64,000 bases of DNA from Zygnema circumcarinatum SAG 698-1b (lineage: Eukaryota > Plantae > Zygnematophyceae): the NCBI GenBank assembly GCA_037447605.1, contig CM074813.1, positions 2,108,001 through 2,172,000 of the forward strand. Reading direction: 5' to 3'. Under the pieces are notes generated by a model that did not search any database, was not told the origin of the DNA, and saw only the letters and a list, made by a program, of their open reading frames with translations. The position numbers were made by a program, and so were the translations under genes. Shown one piece after another: positions 61,160 to 64,000 of the stretch (its first letter is position 1; each line of letters opens with the position of its first letter).

Positions 61160-62397
61160 ATTTTCACACCTTTTTTGTCTATATACACCTTTTTTTTGCC
61201 GGGCAGATTTTATTTTAGAAAAAGAAAGGGTTAAAAACCCATTTTGTGCAGATTAGATTTGAGTGCGTGTACCCACCCCACAAATTTTATTCAGAATAAA
61301 CGTTAACAGTAGGAAAATGCTACTTACACATCTGTTTTGGCGAGATACGCTACGACGTCTTTTTATCAGTTCAATGACTTCTGCAAGCGAGCTGAAAAGG
61401 AAGTGGCATTGATCTCACGCATGGCGATGATGCCATCAAATGTACATGGACAAAATCATCGGCATGGGGAACCACAAGGAACTGGGCGCAAAGGACCTAA
61501 GCACAAAAGAAAAAAGCGAGGAGCTGAAACCTACGCTTAGGCTCAACAACGCGTCAAGCCCTCCCACGAAGCAGCCGCGAAGGTGTAGCGGTAAAAGTCG
61601 CCTTTTGCTTCTTGAGTTGAACCTTCATAGACGCTCTCAAATTTAATCTGCATATAAAATGGGTTTTAGGGTTTTTAGCCCTTTTTTTTCTAAAACAAAA
61701 TCTGCCCGGCTGAAAAAGGTGTTTGTCGACAAAAATGGTGAAAAGTCTGTCAAGGCCGACTCGCACGTGCGAGTGCGCGCGTCCCTCGGGTCGAGATCTC
61801 CACAAAATTATGAGCTGGAGCGGGCAGCCTGTGAAAAACTACAGCCAATCACCATCGGCCACGTGTTCCTTTGTATGACGTAGCAAATTTTGATTGGTCC
61901 AAGCTCTGAATGTACAAAGTTTTGCGTTTCCTCGAAGTTGCGACCGTAGGACTCTTGTACGGAACCACTTTTGAGACGGCTTTGACGGGACACGTGGACT
62001 CGTGCCATTCGCTGGGACCGAGCCCGGCTGCAGATCTAACGGTTGCCGTGGGCGATTTGCAATGGACTCGACGGCCGCGATTCACACCACGTGTGGAGGA
62101 CGCACACCTCGAACGATCTTGTGGCGGACGGATCTTCCGCTCCGAGCTGATTCGGGCAGGCCGATATTTTCTTATCTCAAAAAAGAAATTCAGGGGGACG
62201 AGATATTCAAATCAAATTAACGGGGTATCATTTTCCTTTTTTTCATTTCGTTCTTGTTTTGCAAAAATAAAATCTGCCTTGTATCGATTCCAAAAAGGTG
62301 TGAAAAAAGCATTTTCTGTTTTTAAACCTTTTTAAAATCTGCCCGGCCTGGAAGGGTTGTTTTGATCCAAAAAAGGCATGGAAATAACACTACCCTT
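61160..62397. mobile_element. Rearranged copies and fragments of the foldback element family, plus a ~250-bp repeat copy (about 61395-61590)
   Basis: The right arm ends GGAAATAACACTACCCTT at 62397. 61755-61950 is the reverse complement of about 3450-3650, while 61980-62397 is colinear with 3650-4073. Confidence 0.75.
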
Positions 62398-62404
62398 TTT
62401 GATT

Positions 62405-62640
62405 GGAGGAGAAAATTTCATTGAACTCACGATGGCGAGGCCATCAAAATGTACATGGACAAAAGCAAAATGCGGAACCACGAGTGACTGGCCGCAAAAG
62501 GATCTAGGCACAAACGATAGAAGCTAAGAGCGGAAAACTACGCCTAGGCGCACAACGCAGCCCCTAGAAGCAGCCACGAAGGTCACCGATGTGAGGCACA
62601 TCGCGAGCTGCGGAAGTCCACCGACACGGTTGGACCAATC
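62405..62640. repeat. Longest copy of the ~250-bp dispersed repeat
   Basis: TTGAACTCACGATGGCGAGGCCATC...CCGACACGGTTGGACCAAT, nearly colinear with 53391-53630 (reverse complement). Confidence 0.8.
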
Positions 62641-63180
62641 AAAAATTTCCACGTCAAAAATGTAACACGTGGCATATGTTGATTGGTTGGGAGCTAATCC
62701 CAGATCTCGAGATCTCGGGCCGAGGGACGCGCGCACTCGCAAGTGCAATCCGGCTTTGAGGGGATTCGTGGGCGCTTTCCATTCGCTGAGATCGAGCCCG
62801 GCTGCAGATCGAACGGTCATTTGCTGTGGTGCGATCTGGGAGGGAATCGACAGCTGCGATTGACACACACGTGTGAAGGACGGACACCCGCGAACGATCT
62901 CGTGGCGGACGGATCTTCCGCTCCGAGCGGATTCGGGCAGGCAGATATTTCTTTCCCTCAAAAAAAAAAAATCAGGAAGGCGGGATACAGTATTCAAAAT
63001 GCGGTGACGGGGTATCATTTTCCTTGGTTAGCAAAAATATAATCAGCCGACGGAAGAAGGTGGGTATCGATTCCAAAAAGGTGTGAAAAAAGCATTTTTC
63101 GTTTTTAATCCCTTTGGAAATCTGCCCGGCCGGGAAGGGGTGTTTGGATCCAAAAAAGGGGTGGAAATAACACTACCCTT
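62630..63180. mobile_element. Internal part and right arm of another foldback element copy
   Basis: Colinear with about 3490-4073; ends GGGGTGGAAATAACACTACCCTT at 63180. Confidence 0.8.
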
Positions 63181-64000
63181 GCTTTTCTACCACATTCAGA
63201 TTTCAGACTCGTTCCGTGCTCCGTAGCGGCGGCACCGATGCCACGTTCGACAGATCCGGATCCTTTCCGTCCGGCATTCAGATGGGCGGTTACCATTGTG
63301 ACACGTGACACAGACTGTGACGTCATAACTGACAGTGCTAACGCAGAAATCAATCATAGCTTTTGCCAAGGTCGCTAGCGCATGTCAACGATGTACGAAT
63401 TGCAGTTGAATTATGATTTAGGACATGATCGACGTCAACGACAGGGCTCCGACTACCCCGCAACACGTCAACGTCTACGATTGAGATACTCATTGCAGAT
63501 GTACGAATTCGTTTGGCGGGATGCGCTCGCGCTCCTGAAATGTGTACTTTGTCGCTGTCGCTGGGCCACTAGGCTCTTCAGGACTCGTACGGCCGAAGAG
63601 ACGGACTGCCACGTGGCGCACGGACACGGCAGGAAGCATCCAGAATACCTCTCTCCGTACAAGAATGTTTCTGGTCAAGATTCGCTTTTTGAATCCAGCT
63701 TGAAACGTCCAAATCAGAATTTCCGTTCTCCCCTGTGAGGGCGCCAAGTGTCGCATGCTGCTTCACTCTGACCGTTGTTTTGCTTGACGTGGCGAATTGG
63801 TTTGACTGCTTCTGTGCCGTACGCCCTATCAGAGATTGCGTCGCTTCCGGGTCCTTCATGGCCGTACGGCTTAGCCCCTATGGCCAAAAGCTTTCGGCAG
63901 TGTAGCCGTGCGGCCGGCGTTAACGATGCGGCCAAGTCAGGCCAGGCTGGCGGACTTTTGGCACCGACCAATGCGACGGCTCTGACCGGGCCCAAGCTTT

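Noticed and set aside
63200-64000. Short ORFs at the right edge
   Set aside because: No recognisable domain or consistent splice pattern; the motif content (G-box, CGTAC) looks more like regulatory DNA for a gene outside the window.

Overview
Gene-dense eukaryotic nuclear DNA from a green plant-lineage organism. GT-AG introns, GA/CT microsatellite UTRs, CPI1, a plant-type CorA and a plant-type alpha-amylase point to a streptophyte, probably an alga or bryophyte-grade plant (inference). Most of the supplied six-frame ORFs are intron or antisense noise, so I rebuilt genes by splice-site and phase checking. About ten spliced genes are supported: an EsV-1-7-repeat protein, a CorA/ZntB-like transporter, SRP9, an SRPBCC/polyketide-cyclase protein, an MSP-coiled-coil-DC1 fusion, a divergent dynamin with one in-frame TGA, RCL1, CPI1, a coiled-coil alpha-amylase and an INTS8-like Integrator subunit. 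Transposon nests lie at about 2.9-6.1 kb, 52.5-53.7 kb and 61.1-63.2 kb. A palindromic 50-bp array fills the RCL1/CPI1 divergent promoter. The best leads are the INTS8 homolog retaining a WFEF-like PP2A-recruiting motif, the virus-associated EsV-1-7 repeats, the MSP-coiled-coil-DC1/dynamin head-to-head pair and the 50-bp array. All homology calls are from recognised motifs; no searches were run.
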